Source: Octopus vulgaris (taxonomy: Eukaryota). From it: a DNA stretch of 64,000 nucleotides. Made by a program: the position numbers and the translations under genes. Position 1 is the first letter of the stretch, and each line of letters opens with the position of its first letter. Positions 11,885 to 24,339 of the stretch are shown one piece after another. Location: contig OX597814.1 in the NCBI GenBank assembly GCA_951406725.2, forward strand, positions 104,098,001-104,162,000. The letters are read 5' to 3'. A model generated the notes under the pieces. That model had not been told where the DNA came from and did not search any database. It saw nothing but the letters and a program-made list of their open reading frames with translations.

Positions 11885-12240
11885 AAAGGTCGACTTTATC
11901 TTTCATCTTTTTAGGGTCGATAAAATAAGTTCCAGTTGAATGCTGGGGTTGATGTAATCGATTTATCCTCTCCCTGAACTTGCTGGCCTTGTGCTAAAAT
12001 TTGAAATCAACATCATCATCATTATTATTATTATTATTGGGTAAGCTGCCAGAATCATTAGTACACCAGGTAAAATGCTTAGCAACATTTCGTCCATCGC
12101 TACATTCTGAGTACAAATTCATCTAAGGGTGACTTTGCCTTTCATCCTTTCGGGGTCGATAAAATAAGTACCAGTTGACTACTGGGGTCGATGTAATTGA
12201 CTAGTCCCCTCCCCCCAAATTTCAGGCCTTTAGTAGAAAA
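11885..12240 (+). mobile_element. Two older copies of tRNA-derived SINE family C
   Basis: Contain the central domain gactttgcctttcatcctttcggggtcgataaaataagtaccagtt. Confidence 0.7.
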
Positions 12241-13032
12241 GATTACTATTGTTGTTACTATTATTGCCACTGCTTAATATATAAATATTTATCTATTAAA
12301 TATATATGTGCTGCCATCTTCAGACCCCCCCCCCATATTGTTAGTGATCTTAAGAAAGGCATCAACACCACAACCTCCACCTTTGTTTTTTCCCTTTACC
12401 TCTACTTTCATGCACCTCATCTTTTCATCTCTTCAGAACCCCACTCATTTAAAACTCACTCCCTTCCTAGACCCTGTTATATAAACATAGTAGGGTCCTA
12501 ATTATGCAATATAGTGTGGTGAAAATCATCAATTAATGACATTATCTAGGCAATTAGCAAATGAAAACTTCCTTTAGGAGTGTTTAAAATATAAAAGCAA
12601 ATACAAGGGAGATAACTTCAGTAAGATGATGACAAATTTTGGGAAAATAAAGAAACTGTGGACATGGAGTGGTTTAGTGATTGGGTAGAGGAATTTTTAA
12701 TTTCTTTAAAGTCTTGGGTCTATTTGTGAGCAAAGCTTGGTTTCTAGAGGAGGTACTGGGTCCATAAGGAGGGAAATCCAGTTCTAGACACTCCCTCCTT
12801 GTTGGCTTTCTCACACACACAAACACACACACATATGCTCATATACATACATACACACATACTAATCCAGCACCCATGATACACTTTCAGCTTCATCCTA
12901 TTATTGTTGGAGCAACAGGATACATACTGACCAGCCTGGAGCAGTGTATGACTGAACTTGGGAGAACAGAAATCCCTAATTCAAATACTACAAATGATCA
13001 CAATATATGGGATTGTAAAAATCTGCAAGACA

Positions 13033-13292
13033 CCATCATTTAACATCCGTTTTCCATGCTAGCATGGGTTGGACGGTTAGACCTGGGTCTGGGAAGCCAG
13101 GAGGCTGCACCAGGCACCAGTTTGATCTGGCAGTGTTTCTACAGCTGGATGCCTTTCCTAACGCCAACCACTCCATGAGTGTAGTGGGTGCTTTCTACAT
13201 GCCACCGGCACAGAAAGCAGTCAAGGTAGCGCTGGCATTGACCACTTTCGGATGGTGCTTTTTACGTGCCACCGGCGCAGGGATCACAACTC
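13033..13292 (-). mobile_element. RTE-tail short retroelement (family B)
   Basis: Shares ggttggcgttaggaagggcatccagctgtagaaa and the (GAT)n tail with the RTE 3'UTR. Further copies lie at about 15140-15431(+), 15661-16075(-), 16329-16522(-), 17353-17514(+), 17543-17850(-), 20077-20520(-) and 20625-20776(+). Confidence 0.8.
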
Positions 13293-13399
13293 CTTGAGAT
13301 TAAAAGGGAGATTAAAAGGAAGAAGATGCTTTCCTTCACAATGTTGCTACCAAGGAAAGTGATTGGTTAATTCTTTATACTAAATTGAAAAGAGGAGAA

Positions 13400-14100
13400 C
13401 ATGTCTGTCTGTCTGTATGCGCACGTGTGTGTATGCATGTATGTATGTGTGCATGCGTGTGTATATGTATGTGTATGTATGTATGTATGTATGTATGTAT
13501 GTATGTACCTGTGTATGTATGTACCTGTGTATGTATGCATGTGTGTGTGCATGTCTGTGTATGTATGCGTGTGTGTGTGTGTATGTGTGTGTGTGTGTGC
13601 ATGTATGCATGTGTGTGTGTGCATGTATGTGAGTGTGTTATGTATGTATGTATGTCTGTGTGCGTATGTATGTATGTCTCTGTGTGTGTATGTATATATG
13701 TATGGGTGTGTCTGCATATGTATGCATGTGTGTGTGCATGTCTGTATGTATGCATGTGTGTGTATGTATGTATGTGTGTGTATGTATATATGTGTGTGTG
13801 AATGTATGTGTTTATGTATATATGAATGTGTCTGCATATGTATGCATGTGTGTGTGCATGTCTGTGTATGTATGCATGTGTGTGTATGTATGCATGCCTG
13901 TGTATATGCATGTATGTGTGTGTGTGTATGTATGTAAGCATGCATGTGTGTGTGTGTGTGTATGTATGTATGCATGTGTATGTGTATGTGTGTGTGTATG
14001 TCTGTGTATGCATGCATGTGCGTGTGTGCTCACTTGTGTATGTATGTATGTGTGCATGCATGCGTGCGCTTGTGTGTGTGTGTATGTGTGTGTTTCTGTG

Positions 14101-14130
<30 letters not shown>
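13400..14130. repeat. Compound (TG)n/(TATG)n microsatellite
   Basis: Seen directly; it is the source of the HT-rich and VCM-rich pseudo-ORFs. Confidence 0.95.
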
Positions 14131-14131
<1 letters not shown>

Positions 14132-14387
14132 GTAACTTAATAGCACCACCTGAAATAGATGTCTAAACCCCTTTGATACTCCCAACCGTGAAACTGCCCT
14201 TAGTTCTGTGATCCAAACTTCCTGCTTGAAAGTAATCGAAATTTGTTCTCGAAACAGTTGATTCTTCCAACTAAACCCTTCAAGGCAGTGATCCAGCATG
14301 GCCATGTTGCAGTCCAATCATTAAGACAAGTGAAAGATAACAAAAGAAAGTTATAGATAAATTTTCCATCATACAGTCCATGAAGCT

Positions 14388-14852
14388 ATACATACATTCA
14401 TACATACATACATACATACATACATACATACATACATACATACATACATACATACATACATACATACATACATACATACATACATACATACATACATACA
14501 TACATACATACATACATACATACATACATACATACATACATACATACATACATACATACATACATACATACATACATACATACATACATACATACATACA
14601 TACATACATACATACATACATACATACATACATACATACATACATACATACATACATACATACATACATACATACATACATACATACATACATACATACA
14701 TACATACATACATACATACATACATACATACATACATACATACATACATACATACATACATACATACATACATACATACATACATACATACATACATACA
14801 TACATACATACATACATACATACATACATAAATAAATAAATAAATAAATAAA
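14388..14852. repeat. Pure (TACA)n tetranucleotide run of about 440 bp followed by (TAAA)n
   Basis: Seen directly in the sequence. Confidence 0.97.
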
Positions 14853-14854
14853 AC

Positions 14855-15140
14855 CCAGACTATGTATTCATCTTCATACCAATAATAATTGGAGCACTGG
14901 GTTTTGCTTAAAGGAGAATCTGGATAAACTGGGATTTTCAGAAAGAGAAATGGACCAACTGATCCGTACATTACAAGTGAAATCTGTGAGTAGAAAATAT
15001 GCAAAACTTTTCTCAAGTTCCAAATTTCAATTTGTCTGTGTTAAGTATATCCCAAAGATGGAGTCTTGTATCGTTGTCGCAAACCAGCTCTCTCCTCAGT
15101 GGAAGATTTACGATAATTAAAAGATAGAAGAGACGAAAAA
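14855..15140 (+). mobile_element. 3' end of an RLE-type (R4/Dong-like) non-LTR retrotransposon
   Basis: The frameshifted translation PDYVFIFIPIIIGALG / CLKENLDKLGFSEREMDQLIRTLQVKSVS / KICKTFLKF matches the typical C-terminus of restriction-like endonuclease LINEs. Confidence 0.6.
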
Positions 15141-16100
15141 ACATTCGAGCGAGGTCGTTGCCAATGACAGTGGACTGGCTCCTGTGAAGGTGGCACATAA
15201 AAAGCACCATTTGAGCGTGGCCGTTGCCAGTACCACCTAACTGGCCCTTGTGCCGGTGGCACGTAAAAGCACTCACTACACTCTTGGAGTGGTTGGCATT
15301 AGGAAGGGCATCCAGCTGTAGAAACTCTGCCAGATCGGATTGGAGCCTGGTGCAGCCATCTGGTTTGCCAGTCCTCAGTCAAATCGTCCACCCCATGCTA
15401 GCATGGAAAGCGGACGTTAAGCGTTGATGATATATATATATATGCATACATACATGTACATACTTACATATACATGTATATACACATGCATATATGGGTA
15501 GAGGATGTCAAAAAATGTAAACAACATGAAAAACGGCAACATGAATTACAACAACATGGAAAACGAACGTTTTTTTGCAAACAACGAAATAAATAAATAG
15601 AAAAACAAGACAGGCAATATGTGTGTGTGTGTGTGTGTGTGTATTTATATATATATATATATCATCATCATCATCGTTTAACGTTCGTTTTCCGTGCTAG
15701 CACGGGTTGGACGGTTCGACCGGGGTCTGGGAAGCCAGGAGGCTGCACCAGGCTCCAGTCTGATCTGGCAGTGTTTCTACAGCTTGATGCCCTTCCTAAT
15801 GCCAACCACTCTGTGAGTGTAGTGGGTGCTTTTTACGTGCCAGGAGAGGCTGGCAGTGGCCACTATAGGTGGGTGCTTTTTACATGTCCCTGGCACAGAA
15901 GCCAGTCAAAGCGGCACTGGCATCAGCCATGTTCGGATGGTACTTTTTACATGCCACCGGCACAGGTATCACAACTACAATTTCCATTTAATATTTATTT
16001 TGATGTTGATGTACTTGACTCAATAGGTCTCCTCAAGCACAGCAGGTCACCCTACGATCCAAGGTAAGCAGGTCATTCTGCAGGTAAGAACAGCAGGTCG

Positions 16101-16137
<37 letters not shown>

Positions 16138-16577
16138 AGTATTAAGCTATCATTGGACTGTCCAATGATGGTTTAACTGGCTGAAACTTCAAAGTCAATA
16201 CTATTCTGGTTAAAGAATAATAAATTTGTACTCTAGTAAATGTATTGAGTAAGCCTTTAGTTTACTGTAAAATTGCTTTTATTATAACATAAAAAACAAA
16301 CATTGATATGTGTGTGTGTGTGTGTGTGTCATCATCATCATCATCATCATCATGTAACGTCCGTTTTCCATGCTGACATGGGTTGGATGGTTTTGACTGA
16401 GGGCTGGCAAGCCAGATGGCTGCACCAGGCTCCAATCCGATCTGGCAATATTTCTATAGCCAGATGCCCTTCCTAACACCAACCACTCCGAGAGTGTAGT
16501 GGGTGCTTTTTACATGCCACCAGTGTGTGTGTGTGTATATATAAGCACACACACACACACACATAATATAACTAACT

Positions 16578-17125
16578 GTCACTCTGTCAGGTACGATGAT
16601 GAGAGTACCTGTTGATCTGATCAACAGAACAGCCTGCTCAGGAAATTAATGTGCATGTGGCTGAGTACTCCACAGACATGTGTACCCATTTCTTTACCAT
16701 AAGGGGCTAAACACAGAGGGGACAAACAAGGACAGACAAACGGATTAAGTCGATTACATTGACCCAGTGCGTAACTGGTACTTAATTTATCGACCCTGAA
16801 AGGATGAAAGGCAAGGTCGACCTTGGCGGAATTTGAACTCAGAACGTAACGGCAGACAAAATACCATTAAGCATTTTGCCCGACATGCTAATGATTCTGC
16901 CAGCTCGCCGCTCTACATGCTTACTCTTAACAGAGTTCTCAGGGAGATTTGTCGTGACAAGGCCGGCCCTTTGAATTACAGGTACCTCTCATTTTCACCA
17001 GCTAAGTGGACAGGAGCAATGTGAAATCAAATGCCTTGCTCAAGGTCACAAGGCATTGCTAGGAATTGAAATCACGATCTTGGGATCATGAGGTGCATAC
17101 CCTAACCACTAAGCCACGCAGCTTC
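16578..17125 (-). mobile_element. SINE family D interrupted by a family C SINE (16688-16912)
   Basis: tRNA-like head at about 17050-17125, body with aattcaaagggccggccttgtcac, tail gttccgttgatcggatcaactgg-like. An uninterrupted D copy lies at 33720-34020(+). Confidence 0.7.
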
Positions 17126-17313
17126 ACTATATAATTTTATATACTTACAACTTTTTATTCTTCTTCTTTAATCATATTTATACTTATAATAATCCCATAT
17201 ATATGGAAGAGATATCCCTCAACGGTGTTGGTGATTAAACCAGTGAAATTTCGGATATAATAATCCCTTATGAGCATAAGATATCCTCGCATAAATTATA
17301 TGTATGTATGTAC

Positions 17314-17354
<41 letters not shown>

Positions 17355-17511
17355 CACCTATTACACTCTTGGAGTGGTTGGTGTTAGGAAGGGCATCCAG
17401 CCATAGAAACCTTGCCAAATCAGACTGGAGTCTGGAGTAGCCCCTTAGCTTACTGACCCTGGTCAAACTGTCCAACCCATACCAGCATGAACAACAGACG
17501 TTAAATGATGA

Positions 17512-17544
<33 letters not shown>

Positions 17545-18396
17545 CATCATTGTTTAACGTCTGCCTACCATGCTGGCATGGGTGGGATGGTTTGTCAGGA
17601 GCGAACCAGGCAGAAGCCTGCACCAGACTTCTGTGACTGTTTGCCAGGATTTTTACAGCTGGATGCCCTTCCTAACACCAACCACCCAGCAGAGTGAACT
17701 TAGTGCTTTTTATGTGGCAAAAGCACAGACGAGGTCAGGTTTGGCAAGGTTTTTACGGTTAGGTGCCCTTCCAAATGACAACCACTTTAAAGTGTGGATT
17801 GGGTGCTTTTTAAGTGGTACCTGCACTGAAAGGGTCATCAAGTAACCCCTGCATGACAAAGAATCTTTTGAGAGGGGAGGCAGCGCTGGAGGAGGAGGAG
17901 GTGATCTTGTGTCAAATGATGAAAGGTTAGAGTGAGACAGAGAGACAGAAACAGGTGTCTTGCTGTAGAGGAGGTACATGGTTACCTGGTTGGAGAGAGA
18001 GAAAGAGAGAGGTGGGCGAATGAGGAGAGAGAGAGAAAAAACAGGAATGAAGACAGAGAGAGGTATGCTGCTGCAAAGAAAATACATGGTTACCCAACCT
18101 GAGGGAAGTGCAGAAGAAGGAGAGAGAGTGGGAGTGGGAGACAGCAGGATAGAGATGGTGGCAGAGTGCCAGGCAAACTCACAAGGGATAGGGATCAGAA
18201 TATAAATGGGATGGTCGGGTAAAGGAAAAGTGGGATACAAATAGGGGCAAGTGCCAGGGCAGGCCCTTGAGGGACAAAGGTCATAATATAAGTGTCAGGA
18301 TATTGCTGAAAAAGCATGATTAGAGAGTGGGGAGAAGAAGTGAGTGGTGAAAACCTGGGTATATAGAGTAGTGGGGGGTGGGGCTAGCCGATAGCA

Positions 18397-18718
18397 ATGA
18401 TACAGAGAAACAGGATTGGGGAGTGATAGGTGGGCATAGTGCATGACGGAGGAAATGTGAGGCAGAGAAGAGACGTAGATTGGTTTGTTGGGGTAGGGTG
18501 TGTGAGAAGTTTTCATATTACATGTGGGTGGAACACACAGGTCGGGGGTGGATAGTAATGATACAGTGAGACAGGGCCAGGAGGACAGGATTGGGGAGTG
18601 GGAGGTATGTATAGCGCATGAAGTAGAAATGCAAGGAAGAGATGGAGAGATGTAGTTTGGTTTGTTGTGATAGGGTGTGTGAGAAGTTTTCTTGTTATGT
18701 GTGGGTGGGACACACAGC
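18397..18718. repeat. Diverged tandem duplication of about 160 bp (purine-rich)
   Basis: aatgatacag...caggattggggagtg...agggtgtgtgagaagtttt...cacacag occurs twice. Confidence 0.7.
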
Positions 18719-18719
18719 A

Positions 18720-19295
18720 CTTCTGGAACTCAGTTCCACTGACGTGGGCAGGTCTTCTCAAGAACCTCATATCACCAGACATCTCGGTCCATTGTCATTT
18801 CCTCAATTGAGGCCCAGCATCCTGAGATCGGTCCCCACCACTTCATCCCGGGTCTCCCTCTTCTGAGGGTACCTATTTCTTTACTACCCACAAGGGGCTA
18901 AACACAGAGAGGACAAACAAGGATAGACAAACCGATTAAGTCGAATATATCGACCTCAGTGCGTAACTGGTACTTAATTTATCGACTCTGAAAGGATGAA
19001 AGGCAAAGTCGACCTCGGCGGAATTTGAACTCAGAATGTAACGGCAGATGAAATATGGCTACACATTTTGCCCGGCGTGCTAACGTTTCTGCCAATTCGC
19101 TGCCTTATGCAGTTACCATCCACTTTCAGTGATCAGCACTTTTTTATGCAGCTGTCCTCATCCATGAGCATCACATCTCCAAACCAACATAGTCTTCTCT
19201 CTTGCATCTGATTCATCTTGTGCCCAACTTTTCTCGCAACACATTTGCGCTTTGTGAAACACATGCACTGATGTTGCACACCCATGCACATTGGT
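18720..19295 (-). mobile_element. RTE 3' ORF remnant split by a SINE C insertion (18874-19106)
   Basis: Reverse complement of RTE C-terminal segments (gagacccgggatgaagtggtg, gatgaggacagctgc) lies on both sides of an intact family C SINE. Confidence 0.7.
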
Positions 19296-21634
19296 TATCT
19301 TTTACTTGTTTTTTATCTTTTACTTGTTTCTGTCATTAGACTGTGGCCATACTGGAGCACTGAAGAATTTTTAGTTGAATGAATCAATCAAAGTCCAGAA
19401 TGATTTCTAAAGCCTGATCCTTATTCGATTTGCCTCTTTTGCCAAACTGCTGTCAAAGGGATGTAAACACACCAACAATGGTTGTCAAGCAGCAATGCGG
19501 GACAAACACACAGGCACAAAAACACACACACACACAAAACACACAGAAATACATATGACAGGCTTCCTTCAGTTTCTTATTTCTTTATTGCCCACAAGGA
19601 CAGACAAAAGGATTAAGTTGATTATATCAACCCCAGTGCGTAGCTGGTACTTAATTTATCGACCCCGAAAGGATGAAAGGTAAAGTCGACCTCGGTGGAA
19701 TTTTAACTCAGAATGTAAAAACAGACGAAACACCAATAAGCATTTCGCCCGGCGTGCTAACTTTTCAGTTTCTGTCAACCAAATCCACTCACAAGGATTT
19801 GGTTGGAATGAGGCGATAGCAGAAGACACTTGCCCAAGGTGCCATGCAGTGAAATTGAACCTAGAACTGTGTGGTTGGGAAGCAAATGTCTTAGCACGCA
19901 GCCACACCTATACTTATATGCATGTTTTGTAAATAGAATTATAAGCCTTCACTGTACATTGGCAATAGAAAGTAGTCTAATATTAGGGCATATAAGACCC
20001 TGACAGGAAAAAAATGGGCATAAGTATGTGTGGGAATCAAACTTACACCTCTTATTTTTGCAAAAATAAGAGTGTATCATCATCATCATCATCATCGTTT
20101 AACGTCTGCTTTCCATGCTGGCATGGGTTGGACGGTTTGACTGAGGACTGGCAAGCCAGATGGCTGTACCAGGCTCCAATCTGATCTGGCACAGCAGAAA
20201 TTCCAAAGTGGTTTAAGTGCTAGGAGTTCCATTCTTGTCGTAATACACTTGGCTCTTGAATGACATTGTATTTTCTGCTGATTAAAGATAATAACAATTA
20301 CATCATCATCATCGTTGCCATTGCCATTTAGTGTCTGCTTTCCATGCTGGCATGGGTTGGATGGTTTGACAGAAGCTGGCAAGCAGGACAGCTGTAGCAA
20401 ACTCCGGTCTTCTGTTCTGGTATGATTTCTACAGCTGGATGCCCTTCTCAATGCAAACCACTTTACAGAGTGTACTCAATGGTTTTTATATGGCACCAGC
20501 ACAGGTGCCCTTCACGTGTTGTCTCTCTAATAATTATCCTGGAAAATTCTGATAATGTGCATCATTTCTGAGCATAGCATGAAATATGTGTGTGTATGTG
20601 CATATATATATATATATATATATTGGTGTGGTTGGCGTTAGGAAAGGCATCCAGCTGTAGAAACTCTGCCAGATCAAGATTGAAGCCTGGTGCAGCCATC
20701 TGGTTCGCCAGCCCTTAGTCAAATCGTCCAACCCATGCTAGCATGGAAAGCGGACGTTAAACGATGATGATGATGATCATCATCATCATCGTTTATATAT
20801 GTTCAGTAAGATATCTTTCAGTTTCCATCTACTAAATCCACATCCAAAATTTGGTCAGCCTAAGGCTACAGTGGAAGGCACTTGCCTAAGGTGCTGTAGA
20901 GAAGGATTGAATCTGAAATCATGTTTGTGTGTGTGTGTCTCTCTCTCTCTCTATCTATCTATCTATGTGCATGTATGTGTACATACATCCTTGTGTTATC
21001 ACCTAACAAGAACAATAGTTTCCCAGCAAGTGCAATTCACAAGCATCATCAATGTGCACCACATACACAGTGTCTTGTGAACATCACCTGCCCAGCAGAA
21101 CGAGTTCAGGTAGAGGTAACTTTAGTCAACTGCAGTGACACATTCAATCTCTTCTACAGATATCACACTAAACACACACCTGTACACTCGATATCACAGG
21201 TGTTGATCCACCCAAGCATGTCCAAGTTTGAGAAACAGATCCCTGATGTGGACTGCATTGTGTGGTCAACATCTATTCCAGATCCCTACCCGAAGTGCCA
21301 GTGTGATGATACGGAGATATATATAACAGATGTTGTTGATAAGGGTATTATATTGTGTGTGTGTGTGAGGTTACTTATAGTATAGACTGAACCAAAAATT
21401 AATTTAAAATATTATGTTTGAATTTAATAATAAAATATCAAATGAAATAAAAATTAAAAAGGCAATCAAAATGAAAATATTGATGACAAATAAATAATTA
21501 GAAACAGTATATAGTGAAAAGAAATATTGTGCAAAATATTTTAGGGGCAAGTTAAAGATAGGGGTTTTAGGTAGCAGCATTTTGGAAAATACCATAATTC
21601 TTTGATTTGGAAGTACAAGTTGCGGGGAAAAAAC

Positions 21635-21667
<33 letters not shown>

Positions 21668-22559
21668 AACTGATTTTTTTTTTCGAAAAGTGAAAAATCC
21701 ATTAAACGTTATTGACAACGTTAATCATTTGAAAATACACTTGTTGGTAATTACTGGTATTTAAATATAATAAAACCATATTGGTTTACTTCCCCGTTAG
21801 CTCCGACAACTACACATACATACACACACATTTGTGTGTGTATATGTGAGTGTATATACATATATACGCACACTTGGTTCTTTACATATGTATTTTCCCA
21901 TGCTTTAGATCCATCTCCACATTTCTTAGGATCAATAAATAGACGATATGGTACAATCAGCGCGCGTGTGTGTGTGTACATAATACACACACACACATTA
22001 TATTCGCTGCCTTGAACCTCATTTATTGAACTTATCTGTTTACCACCTGTTTGCCGTATAATACATGTGTGTGTGTGTGTATGGTTGAATGTATGTATGT
22101 ATGTATGTTTATGTGTGAGGCCAAACAACCGTCCCCACCAAACACACCCCAGCTGTGTAATCCGCTTCCCCAATCAATATCATTTATTAATTCTATGCAT
22201 GTGTAGCAAAGCAAAATGACAATCACCCAACTGTCGTATATATACATACCATACAGACGTGTGGCGTATGTGAGTGTGTGTGTACGCATATATGCGTTAG
22301 CGTGTAGTGTATATTGTGTGTGTGTGTGTGTGTGTAGATTCGTTTCGAAGTAGCAGGTTGACAATGCCTGTAATGTTTTTAGTGATGCATCAAGTGTGTG
22401 TGTGCGCTCGGGCACGTGTGTGGATGTACGCGTATCTGTGCGTCGAATATAATTTCCAAATATATTAGACATATAGATATGTACATGCGTGTATGTATAT
22501 ATATATATAACTAATTATATATAATTTATATATATGTGTGTGTGTGTTTAAATTGGTAG

Positions 22560-22915
22560 ATAGGAAGAAAATGAAGCGAGTGAGAAAGAGAAACGGTAAC
22601 AAAAGGAGAGATGGGGATGAAGAAATAGATAATTAGAGAGAAGGAAAGAAAGAATGAAGGAAGGAAAGCGATTGAGAGAGATAAAGAGAGAAGGACATAA
22701 AGCAAGCAATAGAGAGAGAGGGAGTGATAAATGGAATGAAAGAGGAAGAGAGAGAGAGAGCGAAAGAGAGACGAGAGGCTAAGGAGAACGAAATAAAGCA
22801 GGAGAGAGGGAGAGAAGAAGTGATAGATAGCAAGCAATAGAGAGGTAGAGAGCGATAGAGTGAGAAGAGAGAGAGGAAGAGTGAGAGAGAGGAAGAGTGA
22901 GAGAGAGAATAAGAG
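22560..22915. repeat. GA-rich low-complexity tract upstream of ERK exon 1
   Basis: Seen directly; contains many GAGAG motifs. Confidence 0.85.
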
Positions 22916-23060
22916 TGTGTGTGACGTGAGCAGGTCACATGACAAGAAGCATCACCATCATCATCAACATCATCAACAGCAGAAGCATCAGCAGTAGCAG
23001 CGGCAGCAACTGTGTTAGTTGTAAGTTGCTTGAGCTTGCAGCAGCAGAAAAATGGCAGCC
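22915..23060 (+). promoter_or_regulatory. Probable core promoter / 5'UTR of the ERK gene
   Basis: CRE-like GTGACGTG (22921), palindromic E-box/CLEAR-like GTCACATGAC (22934-22943), and YY1-like AAAATGGCAGC over the start codon. It lies in a CpG-retaining zone (about 21.6-25.7 kb). Confidence 0.55.
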
Positions 23061-23170
23061 GGGGGAAATTGGAAGCCTGCTGCCGAGATAGTTCGTGGCC
23101 AAGTGTTTGAAGTGGGGCCCCGATATAGCTGCCTCTCTTATATTGGCGAGGGAGCCTATGGAATGGTCGT
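23052..23170 (+). CDS. MAPK1: Mitogen-activated protein kinase ERK1/2 (MAPK1/rolled orthologue), first coding exon
   Basis: Translates [40 protein letters not shown], compared with ERK2 ..[29 protein letters not shown] (Gly-rich loop). There is an in-frame upstream TGA at 23031, a good Kozak context (aaaATGG) and a canonical donor GT|gtaagt after 119 nt (phase 2). Confidence 0.95.
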
Positions 23171-23445
23171 GTAAGTGGAAATTGCATTTTTTTATTGTCT
23201 CCATCACATCAACTCCACAGCCTTCTCTCTCTGTTTGCAATCAATTTGGAACACGCACTGACTCAATTATATACATTATTATACACACACACACGCATTT
23301 ATATATATAAATATATACACACATATGATATACAATCTTACACACGCATGTATAAATATACACACAGAATACACAGTCTTATACACACATACATGTAAAT
23401 ATATATAAATATACGTACATAAATATCTGTGTGTATGTCATGTAA

Positions 23446-23497
<52 letters not shown>

Positions 23498-23598
23498 ATA
23501 CACACTGTTATACATACAGATATACATATAATAGTCTTATACACACACGCACACACCCTTGGGAATATATCTACACAACACAAACACACACGCACATA

Positions 23599-23632
<34 letters not shown>

Positions 23633-24073
23633 ATCAAAATAAGCAACAAGGATATCCAAGGTAGAGTAGTACATTGATTTATATGGATAATACCATACAA
23701 AATTCTAGTGCCTTTAACTTAAGTACCATATTCATCTGAATCTAAATTTTGCTGAACTTATATATATATATATATATATATGTTAGTATTGGTTGTTTGT
23801 GGTGTGATATGTAGATACATATATATGTAGTATATGTATGCATATAAATATAATAATGTATATAAAAAGGGCAATGGTGTTAGTGTACTGTGAAATGCAG
23901 TTGTGCTAAAAAAGTGCTCAATGCTGTTAGAGCGGAATATAACATTATTCACATTTCAGCTTGCGTGAGTCGTTACTCAGATTTTTTCCACGATCAACCA
24001 CACACGCACACATTTATGTACACTCCACATACTCATGTATACAAATATACTTCATATACATACATACATACAT

Positions 24074-24166
24074 ATTAGAGAGAAACCACTATGTGGACAC
24101 CCTTATGCTAGAAATAGATCCGCTATTTCTAGCCTAAGGGTGTCCACATAGTGGTTTCCCTCTAAT
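24074..24166. repeat. Near-perfect 93-bp palindrome (44-bp arms, 2 mismatches, 5-nt loop)
   Basis: attagagagaaaccactatgtggacacccttatgctagaaatag-atccg-ctatttctagcctaagggtgtccacatagtggtttccctctaat. Confidence 0.9.
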
Positions 24167-24275
24167 GTGTGTATAATACAATTTTACTGAACCTTCAGTT
24201 TTTTTTATATGCTCGACCACTGGTGTGAAATCGATGTTAATTAAATTAATATCTAATTTCTCACCCTCATTTTAA

Positions 24276-24339
<64 letters not shown>

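Noticed and set aside
13367-15016. Long ORFs of 140-228 aa (HT-rich, MYVC and YIHT repeats)
   Set aside because: They are translations of (TG)n, (TATG)n and (TACA)n microsatellites that happen to lack stop codons.
20921-21385. 154-aa ORF in apparently unique sequence upstream of ERK
   Set aside because: It begins and ends in microsatellite, with no recognisable domain or convincing splice sites. It is probably decayed TE sequence.
22633-23240. Minus-strand ORFs of 184 and 101 aa overlapping the ERK exon
   Set aside because: They are the antisense shadow of the exon plus GA-rich and CAT/CAG low-complexity tracts.
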